From Alphaproteobacteria bacterium (lineage in GTDB: Bacteria > Pseudomonadota > Alphaproteobacteria > UBA828), in the NCBI GenBank assembly GCA_965237415.1, contig CBDEFM010000002.1:2016001-2080000 (forward strand): a stretch of 64,000 nucleotides of DNA. The letters run 5' to 3'. The translations under genes were made by a program, and so were the position numbers. Within the stretch, counting starts at the first letter, position 1; each line of letters starts with the position of its first letter. The notes beneath the pieces were generated by a model. That model made no database searches. It was not told the origin of the DNA and was given only the letters and a program-made list of their open reading frames with translations. Positions 1 to 12,273 of the stretch are shown in pieces.

Positions 1-45
1 CGAAAGGCCACGTCTCACCTCCATCTGAGGTAGCCTGATATCCCG

Positions 46-351
46 TCACAGCTCCAGTTCCAGTTCGATCGACATCTCGCGGACCGCGTCAGCGCCGTCC
101 CGTTCCACCTCAGGAGCCGTCCGTGTTTCTCGTTCCGGCGTTGTCCGGGTCGTGTCGCCGACCACGTCGTCGCCCTTTGCCGGCGCCTCCCGCGGCGGCG
201 GAGCGATCCCTTCCAGGGCCGATATCCGCTCGCCGGTGGCCGTTTCGATCCGCTCCCGCAGCCGCTCCGCATCGTCCGTCACCAGTTCGGCGCAGTCACG
301 GGCACGGCTGATCTCAACGTAAAGACTTTTCTGCGTCGTCAAATGCGGGTG
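46..351 (-). pseudogene. C-terminal remnant of a TrwC/TraI-type (MobF) conjugative relaxase-helicase
   Basis: Minus frame reads HPHLTTQKSLYVEISRARDCAELVTDD...TGERISALEG, matching the helicase motif VI region (YVxISRAR) of these relaxases, and ends in a typical ...ELELEL tail; similarity stops upstream of about 351 and no N-terminal relaxase domain is present. Confidence 0.7.
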
Positions 352-570
352 GGTCCGGCTCGTAAACCCGCAATATCTGTTACCTGATCTTCTGCTTGAT
401 CTTCTGCCTGATCGCCGGCTCCATGACGTGGGCGCCCGTCATGTTGCCGACGGCACCGAAGGTGGCCGCTGCAATGGTGGGGGCGATGCAAGGAGGGGGA
501 GATGACCCGGATTCCCACCGCGATCACGGCCTGCGGCGCGCCGTTGCGATAGCCGGGGCGGGCGGGGGAG

Positions 571-579
571 TGCTATAAC
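571..579 (+). promoter_or_regulatory. Possible extended -10 promoter element (TGcTATAAC) for sucC
   Basis: TGn-TATAAC about 37 bp upstream of the sucC ATG in otherwise very GC-rich DNA; no well-spaced -35. Confidence 0.35.
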
Positions 580-615
580 GGCGCGCCCTCGATCCTCGCG
601 CGGCGGGACAGCCCC

Positions 616-1785
616 ATGAACCTCCACGAATATCAGGCCAAGCAGGTGCTGGCGGGGTTCGGGGTGCCGGTCCCGCGCGGCGTTCCGGTGCTGGAGCCTG
701 AGGGTGTCGAGGCCGCGGTCGACGAGCTCGGCGGCCCGGTCTGGGTGGTCAAGGCGCAGATTCATGCCGGCGGGCGCGGCAAGGCAGGCGGCGTGAAGGT
801 CTGCAGCGGGCGCGATGAGGCGATAGCGGCGGCGCGTGCGATGTTCGGCAGGGTGCTCGTCACCAATCAGACCGGGCCGGGCGGGCGCGAGGTGCGCCGC
901 GTCTATCTGGAGGAAGGCGCCGACATCGCGCACGAATACTATCTCGGCGCCGTTGTGGATCGCGAAAGCGGGCGCGTCGCCCTGATCGCCTCAGCTGAGG
1001 GCGGCGTCGAGATCGAGGCGGTCGCGGCCCAAAACCCGGAGGCAATCGTGACCGTGCCGGTCGATCCGGCGAGCGGCTTCCAGCCTCACCACGGGCGAAG
1101 CCTCGCCTTCGGCCTCGGGCTTTCCGGCGAGCCGGCCAAGGCAGCCGGCAAGCTGGGGCGCGCGGTCTACGACGCGGTGCTCGGCACCGATGCGAGCCTG
1201 GTCGAGATCAACCCCCTGATCGAGACGACGGAGGGCGCGCTCATCGCCCTCGATGCCAAGGTGAGCATCGACGACAACGCGCTCTACCGGCGCCGCGAGA
1301 TTGCCGCGCTGCGCGATGCGGACGAGGAAGACCCGGCCGAGCGCGCCGCCGGCGAGCACGGGCTCAGCTACGTCAAGCTCGACGGCAGCATCGGCTGCAT
1401 GGTCAACGGCGCGGGCCTCGCCATGGCGACGATGGACATCATCAAGCTGCACGGCGCAGAGCCTGCCAACTTCCTCGATGTCGGCGGCGGCGCCACCCGG
1501 GAGCGGGTGACCGAGGCCTTCAAGATCATCCTCTCGGACGCCAATGTGCGCGGCATCCTGGTCAACATCTTCGGCGGCATCATGCGCTGCGACGTGATCG
1601 CCGAGGGCATCGTTGCCGCCGCGCGCGAAGTATCGCTCACTCTCCCGCTTGTCGTTCGCCTCGAGGGCACCAATGTGGAGAAGGGCAAGGCGATCCTGGC
1701 GGGCGCCGGCATCGACCTGATCGCTGCCGACGATCTCGGCGATGCCGCGGCGAAGGTGGTTCGGGCAATCGGGCGGGCAGGCTGA
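616..1785 (+). CDS. sucC: Succinyl-CoA synthetase beta subunit
   Basis: MNLHEYQAK start, [48 protein letters not shown] motifs. Confidence 0.98.
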   Translation: MNLHEYQAKQVLAGFGVPVPRGVPVLEPEGVEAAVDELGGPVWVVKAQIHAGGRGKAGGVKVCSGRDEAIAAARAMFGRVLVTNQTGPGGREVRRVYLEEGADIAHEYYLGAVVDRESGRVALIASAEGGVEIEAVAAQNPEAIVTVPVDPASGFQPHHGRSLAFGLGLSGEPAKAAGKLGRAVYDAVLGTDASLVEINPLIETTEGALIALDAKVSIDDNALYRRREIAALRDADEEDPAERAAGEHGLSYVKLDGSIGCMVNGAGLAMATMDIIKLHGAEPANFLDVGGGATRERVTEAFKIILSDANVRGILVNIFGGIMRCDVIAEGIVAAAREVSLTLPLVVRLEGTNVEKGKAILAGAGIDLIAADDLGDAAAKVVRAIGRAG

Positions 1786-2684
1786 TGGCTGTCCTTGTCG
1801 ATCGAGATACGCGGGTGATTTGCCAGGGCTTCACGGGCGCCCAGGGCACCTTCCACTCGGAGCAGGCGATTGCCTACGGAACACGCATGGTGGGCGGCGT
1901 CACCCCAGGCAAGGGCGGCGGCACCCATCTCGGCCTGCCGGTGTTCGACACCGTGGCCGAGGCCCGCGCCGTAACCGGCGCCGACGCCTCCGTGATCTAC
2001 GTGCCGGCGCCCTTCGCGGCGGACGCCATCCTTGAGGCCATCGACGCCGGGATCGGCCTCGTGGTTTGCATTACCGAGGGCATCCCGGTGCTCGACATGG
2101 TGCGGGTCAAGCGCGCGCTGAGCGGCAGCCGCACCCGCCTCGTCGGCCCCAACTGCCCCGGTGTGATCACGCCGGACGAATGCAAGATCGGCATCATGCC
2201 GGGCCACATCCACCGGCGCGGCCGGGTCGGCATCGTCTCGCGCTCGGGCACGCTCACCTACGAAGCGGTGGGGCAGACCACGGCTGCCGGGCTCGGGCAA
2301 TCCACCTGCATCGGCATCGGCGGCGATCCGGTCGCCGGCACCGACTTCATCGACTGCCTCGCCCTCTTCGCCCGCGACGACGAGACCGAGGCCATCGTGA
2401 TGATCGGCGAGATCGGAGGCACGGCGGAGGAGAAAGCCGCCGACTTCGTCCGCAGCGAGAAGCTGGTCAAGCCCATCGTGGGCTTCATCGCGGGGCTGAC
2501 GGCGCCGCCCGGCCGGCGCATGGGCCATGCCGGCGCCATCATCTCGGGCGGCAAGGGCGGCGCCCAGGACAAGATCGAGGCCATGCGGAGTGCCGGCATC
2601 GCCGTGACGGAATCGCCGGCGGCCATCGGCACCACCGTGCTGGACGTGCTGGCGCGCCGGCGCACGGCGGGGCGAGCGGCGTGA
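1785..2684 (+). CDS. sucD: Succinyl-CoA synthetase alpha subunit
   Basis: [32 protein letters not shown] (phospho-His); overlaps sucC stop. Confidence 0.98.
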   Translation: MAVLVDRDTRVICQGFTGAQGTFHSEQAIAYGTRMVGGVTPGKGGGTHLGLPVFDTVAEARAVTGADASVIYVPAPFAADAILEAIDAGIGLVVCITEGIPVLDMVRVKRALSGSRTRLVGPNCPGVITPDECKIGIMPGHIHRRGRVGIVSRSGTLTYEAVGQTTAAGLGQSTCIGIGGDPVAGTDFIDCLALFARDDETEAIVMIGEIGGTAEEKAADFVRSEKLVKPIVGFIAGLTAPPGRRMGHAGAIISGGKGGAQDKIEAMRSAGIAVTESPAAIGTTVLDVLARRRTAGRAA

Positions 2685-5554
2685 GCAGCGACCTCGACGG
2701 CGCATCCGCCTTTCTCGGCGGGGCCGACCCCGCCGTCATCGAGCAGATCTACGCGCAGTACCTGAAGGACCCCGCCGCCGTCGATCCGAGCTGGCGCCGC
2801 ATTTTCGAGGAAGAAGAGGGCTTCGGCGACGGCGACGGCGCGGTAGAGAGAGCGGTGGAGGCGCCCGCGCAAGAGGACCGGGCGATGGGGCTGCCGGAGC
2901 CCCGCCCGCCTTCTGCTCCGGCCGCGGCCGATGTCGATCCGGACGCCCCGGTCCAGGCGGAGACCATCGATTCGATCCGTGCCCTCATGATGATCCGCGC
3001 CTACCGGGTGCGCGGCCATCTCATCGCCTCCCTCGACCCCCTCTGCCTCGACGGCGAGCGGCATCACCCGGAGCTCGATCCCAAGAGCTATGGCTTCTCC
3101 GAGGTGGACTACGACCGGCCGATCTATGTCGACGGCGTGCTCGGGCTCAAGCGCGCCACGCTGCGCGAGGTGCTGGCGATCCTCAAGCAGACCTATTGCG
3201 CGCGTGTGGGCGTCGAGTTCATGCACATCCAGTACCCGGAGCGGAAGGCCTGGGTGCAGCGGATGATGGAGGGCGAGCGCAACCGGCAGTCGCTCTCGCC
3301 CGGCGAGAAGACGGAGATCCTGCGCCATCTGCACGAGGCGGAGGGGTTCGAGCGCTTCCTCGACGTGAAATATGCCGGCGCCAAGCGCTTCTCGCTCGAA
3401 GGGTCGGAGAGCGTCATCCCCGCGCTCGAAGCGACCATCGCCCAGGCCGCGCAGCAGGGCGTGGAGGAAATCGTCATCGGCATGGCCCATCGCGGGCGGC
3501 TCAACGTGCTGACCAGCATCCTGGGCAAGTCCTATGCCGCGGTCTTCTCCGAGTTCCAGGGGGGCGTCACCAGCGCTGGCGACGTGCAGGGCTCAGGCGA
3601 CGTCAAGTATCACCTGGGTGCCTCGGCGGACCGCGCCCTCGGCAATGGCAAGACGCTCCACATCTCGCTCACGCCCAACCCCTCGCACCTTGAGGCCGTC
3701 AACCCGGTGGTGCTGGGCAAGGTGCGGGCCAAGCAGGCGATGCGCGGCGACAAGGCCCGCGAGCGGGTCATGGGCCTGCTGATTCACGGCGACGCGTCGC
3801 TCGCCGGCCAGGGAACGTGCTCCGAGGTCTTCGAGCTTTCGGAGCTGCGCGGTTACCGCACCGGCGGCACGGTCCATATCGTCATCAACAACCAGATCGG
3901 CTTCACCACCAGCCCGAGCCAGGCGCGCACCTCGCCCTATCCGTCGGAAGTCGCGAAGATCATCCAGGCGCCGGTCTTCCACGTGAACGGGGACGATCCC
4001 GAGGCAGTCGTGCGCGTCTGCCAGATTGCCGCCGACTACCGCCAGCAGTTCAAGGCGGATGTCGTGGTGGATATCTTCTGCTACCGCCGCCACGGCCACA
4101 ACGAAGGCGACGAGCCGGCCTTCACCCAACCCGCGATGTATCGGGCGATCCGCGAGCGGCCGACGACCCGCCAGATCTATACCGAGCGGCTGGTGGCCGA
4201 GGGCGTGCTTACGGTCAAGGACGCCGACCGCATGATGGAGGTCTTCCGCGCCCGGCTGGAGACCGAGCTCGAAGCCTCCAAGAGCTACCGCCCCAACAAG
4301 GCGGACTGGCTCGAAGGCGACTGGGCGGACATCCAGGCCGCACCCCGCGACGAGCGGCCCGGCGACACCGCCGTGGCGCACGAGGTGCTGGCCGAGATCG
4401 GCCAGGCCATCGCCCGCGTGCCGGACGACTTCGCCGTGCACCCGCGCATCGGCCGCCAGTTGGAGGAAAAGCGGCGCGCCATCGAGGCGGGCGGCCCCAT
4501 CGACTGGGCGACGGCGGAAGCACTGGCCTTGGGCTCGCTGCTGCTGGAGGGGAAGCCGGTCAGGCTCTCCGGCCAGGACTGCTCGCGCGGCACCTTCTCC
4601 CAGCGCCATGCAGGCCTGGTGGATCAGGCAAACGAGAAGCGCTTCATCCCGCTCAACAACATCAGGCCCGGCCAGGCCCGGCTCAAGCTCGCGGACAGTC
4701 TCCTCTCCGAGGCCGGCGTGCTGGGTTTCGAGTATGGCCATTCGATCGCGGACCCGAACGCGCTCGCGATCTGGGAGGCCCAGTTCGGCGACTTTGCCAA
4801 CGGCGCCCAGGCCATCATCGACCAGTTCGTCATCGCCGGCGAGACGAAGTGGCTGCGCATGTCGGGCTTGGTGATGCTGCTGCCGCACGGCTTCGAGGGG
4901 CAGGGGCCGGAGCACAGCTCGGCGCGGCTGGAGCGCTATCTGCAGCTCTACGCCGACGGCAACATCCAGGTCGTGAACTGCTCGACGCCGGCCTCCTACT
5001 TCCACGTGCTGCGCCGCCAGCTCCGCCGCAGCTTCCGCAAGCCGCTGATCGTGATGTCGCCCAAGTCGCTGCTGCGCCACCGGCGCTGCGTCTCCGCCCT
5101 CGACGAGATGAGCGGCGGCACCCGCTTCCACCGGGTGATCGGGGAGGCTGACGCCGAGATCGCGCCCGAGCGCGTCCGCCGCGTCGTCTTCTGCTCCGGC
5201 AAGGTCTACTACGACCTGGTCGCGGCGCGGGAGGAGCGCGGGATCGAGGGCGTGGCGTTGCTGAGGCTGGAGCAGATCGCGCCCTTCCCCAGCCGGAGCT
5301 TCATGGTGGAGGTCGCGAAATACCGCGAGGCCGAGGTGGTGTGGTGCCAGGAGGAACCCGAAAACATGGGCGCCTGGACCTTCGTGACGCCCCGTATCGA
5401 AGCGGTATTGGCCGATCTTGACGGGGCGTCGCGCCGGGCGCGCTATGTCGGGCGCACAGCCGCGGCCTCGCCCGCCAGCGGCTTCCTCGTCGTGCATCAG
5501 CGCGAGCAGCGGGCGCTGATCGACGACGCGCTCGACGGGAAGGCCGGGTCGTGA
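2681..5554 (+). CDS. sucA: 2-oxoglutarate dehydrogenase E1
   Basis: [50 protein letters not shown]; start placed at GTG 2681 overlapping sucD TGA rather than the ORF-track start at 2066. Confidence 0.97.
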   Translation: MSSDLDGASAFLGGADPAVIEQIYAQYLKDPAAVDPSWRRIFEEEEGFGDGDGAVERAVEAPAQEDRAMGLPEPRPPSAPAAADVDPDAPVQAETIDSIRALMMIRAYRVRGHLIASLDPLCLDGERHHPELDPKSYGFSEVDYDRPIYVDGVLGLKRATLREVLAILKQTYCARVGVEFMHIQYPERKAWVQRMMEGERNRQSLSPGEKTEILRHLHEAEGFERFLDVKYAGAKRFSLEGSESVIPALEATIAQAAQQGVEEIVIGMAHRGRLNVLTSILGKSYAAVFSEFQGGVTSAGDVQGSGDVKYHLGASADRALGNGKTLHISLTPNPSHLEAVNPVVLGKVRAKQAMRGDKARERVMGLLIHGDASLAGQGTCSEVFELSELRGYRTGGTVHIVINNQIGFTTSPSQARTSPYPSEVAKIIQAPVFHVNGDDPEAVVRVCQIAADYRQQFKADVVVDIFCYRRHGHNEGDEPAFTQPAMYRAIRERPTTRQIYTERLVAEGVLTVKDADRMMEVFRARLETELEASKSYRPNKADWLEGDWADIQAAPRDERPGDTAVAHEVLAEIGQAIARVPDDFAVHPRIGRQLEEKRRAIEAGGPIDWATAEALALGSLLLEGKPVRLSGQDCSRGTFSQRHAGLVDQANEKRFIPLNNIRPGQARLKLADSLLSEAGVLGFEYGHSIADPNALAIWEAQFGDFANGAQAIIDQFVIAGETKWLRMSGLVMLLPHGFEGQGPEHSSARLERYLQLYADGNIQVVNCSTPASYFHVLRRQLRRSFRKPLIVMSPKSLLRHRRCVSALDEMSGGTRFHRVIGEADAEIAPERVRRVVFCSGKVYYDLVAAREERGIEGVALLRLEQIAPFPSRSFMVEVAKYREAEVVWCQEEPENMGAWTFVTPRIEAVLADLDGASRRARYVGRTAAASPASGFLVVHQREQRALIDDALDGKAGS

Positions 5555-6861
5555 CGGTCGACATCACCGTCCCCGCCCTCGGCGAATCGGTCACCGAGGC
5601 GACGGTCATGCGCTGGAACAAGGCACCCGGCGATGCGGTCGTGCTCGACGAGACGCTGGTGGAGCTGGAGACCGACAAGATCGCCGTCGAGGTCAAGGCC
5701 GAAGCCGCCGGTACCCTCGCCGAGATCGCCGCCGTCGAGGGCACGGACGTGGAGGTGGGCGCGCTGCTCGGCCGGCTTGCGCCGGGAGAAGCGGCTGCTG
5801 TCGTCCCCGAACTCGAGCCGCAGGCCTCGCGAATGCTACTCAATGTTTCGCCTCCGCCGTCCCCGGCGGTGCGTCGTCTGCTCGACGAGCACGGCCTCGA
5901 TCCAACGGAGATCGAGGGGACCGGCAAGGGCGGGCGACTGCTGAAGAGCGATATACTCGCCGCTGTGGTGGCACGCGCCGCATCGGCCGCAAGGCCGGCA
6001 AGCGAGCCGCCTCCGCCCGAGCCCACCCCCGAGCCCTCACCGTCGCCGGAGCCCGTGCCGTCCGGTGACCCGTCGCCCGCCGCTTCCCCGCCGGATCCCG
6101 CTCCGGCTCGGCCGGTACCCGCAGCGGTGCAGCCCGAATCTGCCCCGTCTGCCGCTGCGCATAGGCGCGAAGAGCGGGTGCCCATGAGCCGCCTGCGTCG
6201 CCGCGCCGGCGAGCGGCTGAAGCTCGCGCAGGACACGGCGGCGATGCTCACCACCTTCAACGAGGTGGACATGACCGCCGTGACGGCGCTCCGCGCGGCG
6301 CACGGCGAGGCGTTCGAGCAGAAGCACGGCGTCCGCCTCGGCCTCATGTCCTTCTTCGTGCACGCGACCGTGGCCGCGCTCGTCGAATACCCGACGGTCA
6401 ACGCGCAGATCGACGGCGACGAGATCGTCTACAAGCGCTACCAGGACATTGGCGTCGCGGTGAGCGCCCCCCAGGGCCTCGTGGTGCCGGTGCTCAGGGA
6501 CGCCGGACGCATGAGCTTCGCCGAGGTCGAGCAGGCGATCCGCGCCTTCGCCCTCAAGGCCCGCGATGGCAAGCTTGCGCTGGACGACCTGCTCGGCGGC
6601 ACCTTCACCATCTCCAACGGCGGGGTCTTCGGCTCGCTCATGTCCACGCCGATCATCAACCCGCCGCAGTCCGCGATCCTCGGCATGCACAAGGTGCAGG
6701 AACGCCCGGTCGCGGTCGCCGGCGCGGTGGAAATCCGCCCCATGATGTATCTTGCGCTGAGCTACGATCACCGTCTCATCGACGGCCGCGAGGCGGTGAG
6801 CTTCCTGGTCCGCATCAAAGATTGCATCGAGGACCCGCAACGCATCCTGCTTGATCTTTAG
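5551..6861 (+). CDS. sucB: Dihydrolipoamide succinyltransferase E2
   Basis: Lipoyl domain ETDK, E3-binding SPAVRRL..GTGKGGR, Pro-rich linker, catalytic YDHRLIDG. Confidence 0.97.
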   Translation: MTVDITVPALGESVTEATVMRWNKAPGDAVVLDETLVELETDKIAVEVKAEAAGTLAEIAAVEGTDVEVGALLGRLAPGEAAAVVPELEPQASRMLLNVSPPPSPAVRRLLDEHGLDPTEIEGTGKGGRLLKSDILAAVVARAASAARPASEPPPPEPTPEPSPSPEPVPSGDPSPAASPPDPAPARPVPAAVQPESAPSAAAHRREERVPMSRLRRRAGERLKLAQDTAAMLTTFNEVDMTAVTALRAAHGEAFEQKHGVRLGLMSFFVHATVAALVEYPTVNAQIDGDEIVYKRYQDIGVAVSAPQGLVVPVLRDAGRMSFAEVEQAIRAFALKARDGKLALDDLLGGTFTISNGGVFGSLMSTPIINPPQSAILGMHKVQERPVAVAGAVEIRPMMYLALSYDHRLIDGREAVSFLVRIKDCIEDPQRILLDL

Positions 6862-6886
6862 TCCCACATGGCCAGCCGGAGCAGCC

Positions 6887-8290
<1,404 letters not shown>

Positions 8291-8308
8291 TCGGGACGAG
8301 GCTGAACC

Positions 8309-10648
8309 ATGAATACCGGCGCAGAGGCCACCACGATGCGGCGCATCAGCGAGATGACCGAGACCCGTTTCGACGGCGTGAACCACCCCTACGTGCCGCC
8401 GCGCGAGCTTTCCATCTCCGAGACCCTGAAGCTCCATCGCGACTGGGAGACGGAGATCGACCCGGTCACCTACGAGGTGATCCGCCACAACCTCTGGAAC
8501 ATCAACGAGGAGCACGGCGCCACCATCCAGCGCATCTCCGGCTCGCCGGTGGCGATCTACGCGCTCGACCTCAACCCTTCGATCCTCACCGAGGACGCCG
8601 AGTTCGTCTATTTCGGCCCCTACATGCAGTACATGTCGGGCGTCACCGACACGCAGGTGAAGTGGATCCTGGAGAACCGCAGCGACAATCCGGGCATCCG
8701 CGAAGGCGACATGTTCCTCGCCAACGACCCCTGGGTCGGTGCCGCGCACCAGATGGACGTGATGTTGATCTGCCCGGTGTTCTGGGAGGGCGAGCTCTTC
8801 TGCTGGATCACCAACTGCCTGCATCAGTACGACATCGGCGGTATCACGCCGGGGAGCTTCTGCCCTGCGGCGGAGAGCGCCTTCGACGAGGGCATCCTCA
8901 TTCCGCCGGTGAAGATCGTCGAGAACGACGTGGTGCGCCGCGATATCGAGGAGCTCTACCTGCGCTCCTCCCGCAAGCCCGAGATGGTGGCGCTCGATTT
9001 CCGCGCGCAGCTCGCCGGCGACATGAGCGCACGCGAGCGTCTGCTGCAGCTCATCCGCCGCTACGGGCCGCGCACCGTCAAGGGCGTGATGAAGCGGATC
9101 ATCGACAATGCCGAAACCGCCTTCCTCGCCAAGCTGGAGCGTTTGCCCGACGGCGCCTGGAGGGACCGCACCTATGTCGAGGCCTGCCGGCCGGGGGACC
9201 GGCGCACCCACCGCGTGCAGATCACCGTCACCAAGGAGGGCAACCGGTTGATCTTCGACAATGACGGCACGGCACCCCAGGACGGCGCCATGAACGCCAC
9301 CTATTCGGGCTGGCGCGGCTCGGTCATGGTGGCGATCAACGAGCTCCTCGCGTGGGACCAGTATTTCGCGGTGGGCGGTGCGCTGCGGCATATCGACTTC
9401 GACCCCACCGCCGGCACGCTGAATTGCGCCGACTTTCCGGCCAGCGTGTCCACCGCGCCCACCCAGTCGATGGAGATATCGCTCTACCCCGCCTACAACG
9501 CGATCTCCAAGATGATCTTCTCGGATGAGACGCTGCGGGGCGACATCATGGGCATCGGCGGCACCAGCCAGTGGCCGGCGACGCTCTTTCGCGGCATCGA
9601 CCAGTGGGGCGAGCGCTACGGCTATCTCTTGATCGACCCCATCGGCGGCTCCATCGGCGCCTTCGCCCATGCCGATGGCATCAACACCGGCGGCCAGGCG
9701 CGGACGCCGATCTGCCAGCTCCCCAACGTGGAGCACAATGAGCAGAACTTCCCGCTGCTCGTGCTCTACCGCAAGGAGCTGCCGGATTCGGGCGGCGCCG
9801 GCAGGTACCGCGGCGGGCTTTCCGCCGAGACCTGCTTCATCCCCCACAACACCGACCGCATCACCCAGGACACGCTCTCGTCAGGCAACGCGACGCCGAC
9901 GTCGACCGGCATGATGGGGGGCTTCCCGTCCACCACCAACGCCTACCAGTTCATCCGCGATAGCGACATTCTGGAGCGCATGGCGGAGCGCCGCCTGATC
10001 GACGACTACTCGCAGGTCTCAGGCCGGCCCGAGCACCTGGAGCTGCGGCAGGAGAGCTTCGACCAGAACCCGGCGGATGTCTATGCGGTGCGCTGGTCCG
10101 GCGGCGGCGGCTTCGGCGACCCCATGCGGCGCGACCCCGCCAAGATCCAACACGACCTGCTGCATCGAAACGTCACACCAGAAGCCGCGAGGACGATCTT
10201 CGGCGCCGTGCTGAGCGAGGACGGCACCACCGTCGATGCCGAGGCGACCGCGCGCAACCGCGCCGCGATCAAGGCCGACCGGCTTGCCCGGCTCACCAAC
10301 GGCGCGCCGTCGCCCGCCGTGCGCGACGGCGATCTCCGCCTGCGCGCGACCGATGCGCTCGATTTGCGCGAGGATGAGATCGGCGCCTATTGGGCCTGTG
10401 GCGCGTGCGCGGCGTCGCTCGGCGCCCTCGACGAGAACTACAAGCTGGCTTGTTTGCAGGACGTGCGGCCGGTCTCGGACTCCAACCCGCTGATCGGGGA
10501 CCCCTCACTCTTCGTGGACGATGCGGTCGAGTTCCGGCTCTTCTGTTGCCCCGGCTGCGGCACTCTGATCGAGAACGAGATCGCCGTCGCCACCGATCCG
10601 ATCCTGCGGGATATGTTCATCGCACTTCCGGCGACGCGCGATGGCTGA
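8309..10648 (+). CDS. Hydantoinase B/oxoprolinase-family protein with a fused C-terminal acetone-carboxylase gamma-like (4-Cys) domain
   Basis: DPVTYEVI, GDMFLANDPWVGAAH..D, H.YDIGG..PGS, DSGGAGRYRGG, GGGGFGDP..RDP; C-terminus carries CGAC...FCCPGCG. Confidence 0.85.
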   Translation: MNTGAEATTMRRISEMTETRFDGVNHPYVPPRELSISETLKLHRDWETEIDPVTYEVIRHNLWNINEEHGATIQRISGSPVAIYALDLNPSILTEDAEFVYFGPYMQYMSGVTDTQVKWILENRSDNPGIREGDMFLANDPWVGAAHQMDVMLICPVFWEGELFCWITNCLHQYDIGGITPGSFCPAAESAFDEGILIPPVKIVENDVVRRDIEELYLRSSRKPEMVALDFRAQLAGDMSARERLLQLIRRYGPRTVKGVMKRIIDNAETAFLAKLERLPDGAWRDRTYVEACRPGDRRTHRVQITVTKEGNRLIFDNDGTAPQDGAMNATYSGWRGSVMVAINELLAWDQYFAVGGALRHIDFDPTAGTLNCADFPASVSTAPTQSMEISLYPAYNAISKMIFSDETLRGDIMGIGGTSQWPATLFRGIDQWGERYGYLLIDPIGGSIGAFAHADGINTGGQARTPICQLPNVEHNEQNFPLLVLYRKELPDSGGAGRYRGGLSAETCFIPHNTDRITQDTLSSGNATPTSTGMMGGFPSTTNAYQFIRDSDILERMAERRLIDDYSQVSGRPEHLELRQESFDQNPADVYAVRWSGGGGFGDPMRRDPAKIQHDLLHRNVTPEAARTIFGAVLSEDGTTVDAEATARNRAAIKADRLARLTNGAPSPAVRDGDLRLRATDALDLREDEIGAYWACGACAASLGALDENYKLACLQDVRPVSDSNPLIGDPSLFVDDAVEFRLFCCPGCGTLIENEIAVATDPILRDMFIALPATRDG

Positions 10649-12032
10649 CACCGTTCCCTCCCACGCGCCCTCGAATGCCCACGCCGACCTGATGGCGCGG
10701 GACGCAGACCGTGTCTACGGCTGGCGCTACCAGCCGGCGATCCAGTTCGAGCGGGGCGAGGGGATCTGGCTCTTCGATGTCGACGGCAAGCGCTACTACG
10801 ACCTCACCGCCGGCATGATGTGCAACGTGCTGGGCCACTGCCACCCCGAGCTGGTGGAGGTCATGCGCGCTGAGGCCGGCAAGTTCTGGCACGAAAACTC
10901 GTGGTACTCGAACCCCCATCTGGTGCGCTTCGCCGAGCGCATCGCGAGCACCCTGCCGGACGGTCTGGAGATCGTGAACTTCGCCGTCACGGGCTCGGAA
11001 GCCAACGAGATCGCCATGCGCATGGCGCTCGCGGTCACCGGCAAGTACGACATCCTCTCGGTGATCCGCGGCCTCCACGGCGGCAGCCTCGCGGTCGAAT
11101 CGGTGACCACCATCGGCGGCGCCAGGCGGCGTCATCTAGGCCCGCTGCTCGCGCCCGCCAATGCGCCCGCGATCTACGCGCCCTTCTGCTACCGCTGCCC
11201 GATCAACCTCGAATACCCGGCCTGCGACGTGGCCTGCCTCGCGCAGTCGCGCGAGTTGATCGACCATGTGACCTCAGGCGATATCGCGGCGGTGATGGCG
11301 GAGACCATGCTGGTCGCGGGCGGCATGGTGGTGCCGCCACCGGAATGGTTGCCCCGCCTCAAGCAGCTGGCCGAGACGGAAGGCGCGCTGCTGGTGCTGG
11401 ACGAGGCGCAGCTCGCACCGGCCCGCACGGGCAAGCTCTGGGGCTTCCAGCACTACGACGTGACGCCCGATATCGTCACCTTCGCCAAGGGCATGAGCGC
11501 GGGCCTCGCGATCTGCGGCGCGGTGACGACGCGGGAGATTGCGGAGCAGGCGCGCGGCAAGGCGGGGCTCCCCTGGGCCGGCACTTATTCCGGCGATCCG
11601 CTGCCGGCGGCGGTCGCCGACAGGCAGCTGGAGATCGTGCTGCGCGACAAGCTGGACGAGCGCGCAGCCGCCGTGGGCCAGGTGCTCAGGGACGCGCTGG
11701 AGCGCCTGCGCGACTCCCACGCCGTGATCGGCGACGTGCGGGGCCGGGGCCTCTACCAGATGCTCGATATCGTGAGCGATCCGGAGGCCCGCACGCCGGA
11801 CCCCGCCATGGCCGAGCGCATCCGCCTCAACGCGGCGCTCGGCGGCGTGATCGTGATCTGCGTCAAGAATTTTCTCCGCATCTGCCCGCCGCTCACCGTG
11901 ACCGAGGCGGAAATCGCCGCCTTCACCGAGCGCCTGGACCGCGCCATCCGGCGTGCCCTCGACGGCCATCCGAAGGACGTGGATTTCCGCGCCTCCAGCT
12001 CGCTCGCCATGGGAGGCGCCACCTCGGGCTAA
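10641..12032 (+). CDS. Class III PLP-dependent aminotransferase
   Basis: GHCHP, GSEANEIA, LHG, LDEAQ..RTG, PDIVTFAKG (PLP Lys), GDVRGRGL; overlaps upstream stop. Confidence 0.92.
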   Translation: MADTVPSHAPSNAHADLMARDADRVYGWRYQPAIQFERGEGIWLFDVDGKRYYDLTAGMMCNVLGHCHPELVEVMRAEAGKFWHENSWYSNPHLVRFAERIASTLPDGLEIVNFAVTGSEANEIAMRMALAVTGKYDILSVIRGLHGGSLAVESVTTIGGARRRHLGPLLAPANAPAIYAPFCYRCPINLEYPACDVACLAQSRELIDHVTSGDIAAVMAETMLVAGGMVVPPPEWLPRLKQLAETEGALLVLDEAQLAPARTGKLWGFQHYDVTPDIVTFAKGMSAGLAICGAVTTREIAEQARGKAGLPWAGTYSGDPLPAAVADRQLEIVLRDKLDERAAAVGQVLRDALERLRDSHAVIGDVRGRGLYQMLDIVSDPEARTPDPAMAERIRLNAALGGVIVICVKNFLRICPPLTVTEAEIAAFTERLDRAIRRALDGHPKDVDFRASSSLAMGGATSG

Positions 12033-12075
12033 TGTCCGGTTCGCGGAGTTCCGAGCGCTTCCGCAGTCCCCTCCA

Positions 12076-12170
12076 CGTCATGGCCGGACTCGTTCCGGCC
12101 ATCCACACGTTTGCCCAAACTTTGAGGGAGCTGGCTCAAGGAGATGCCCGGAACGAGTCCGGGCATGACG
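12076..12170. repeat. REP/RPE-like palindromic element (doublet of 28-bp inverted units)
   Basis: cgtcatggccggactcgttccggccatc (12076-12103) is the reverse complement of 12143-12170 with 2 mismatches; each unit is itself a hairpin; resembles the GTCATGGCCGG...CCGGCCATCCAC repeats common in Alphaproteobacteria. Confidence 0.8.
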
Positions 12171-12273
12171 GCGGGAGGGAGTGATCGCGTCGCGACGCAA
12201 ACCATGACCCTGGCGCGAAATCCGGGCTAAGCTTCGCTACGAGACCGAACGACAGAGTTGAGGGACTGCCGTC

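Noticed and set aside
374-384. tatctgttacc (minus GGTAACAGATA) and cattacc at 19402-19408 as the partner of the IS1-like end
   Set aside because: Only the first few bases match GGTAGTGACTCAG; no target duplication found.
2066-2680. N-terminal extension of sucA in the ORF track (likewise aprA from 14746, GGT from 34917, FAH from 42035, triple Rid from 58072)
   Set aside because: Extensions overlap neighbouring genes and are low-complexity Arg/Pro/Gly; downstream starts give normal lengths and coupling.
6000-6160. Pro/Glu/Ser-rich repetitive stretch in sucB
   Set aside because: Ordinary flexible linker of E2 subunits.
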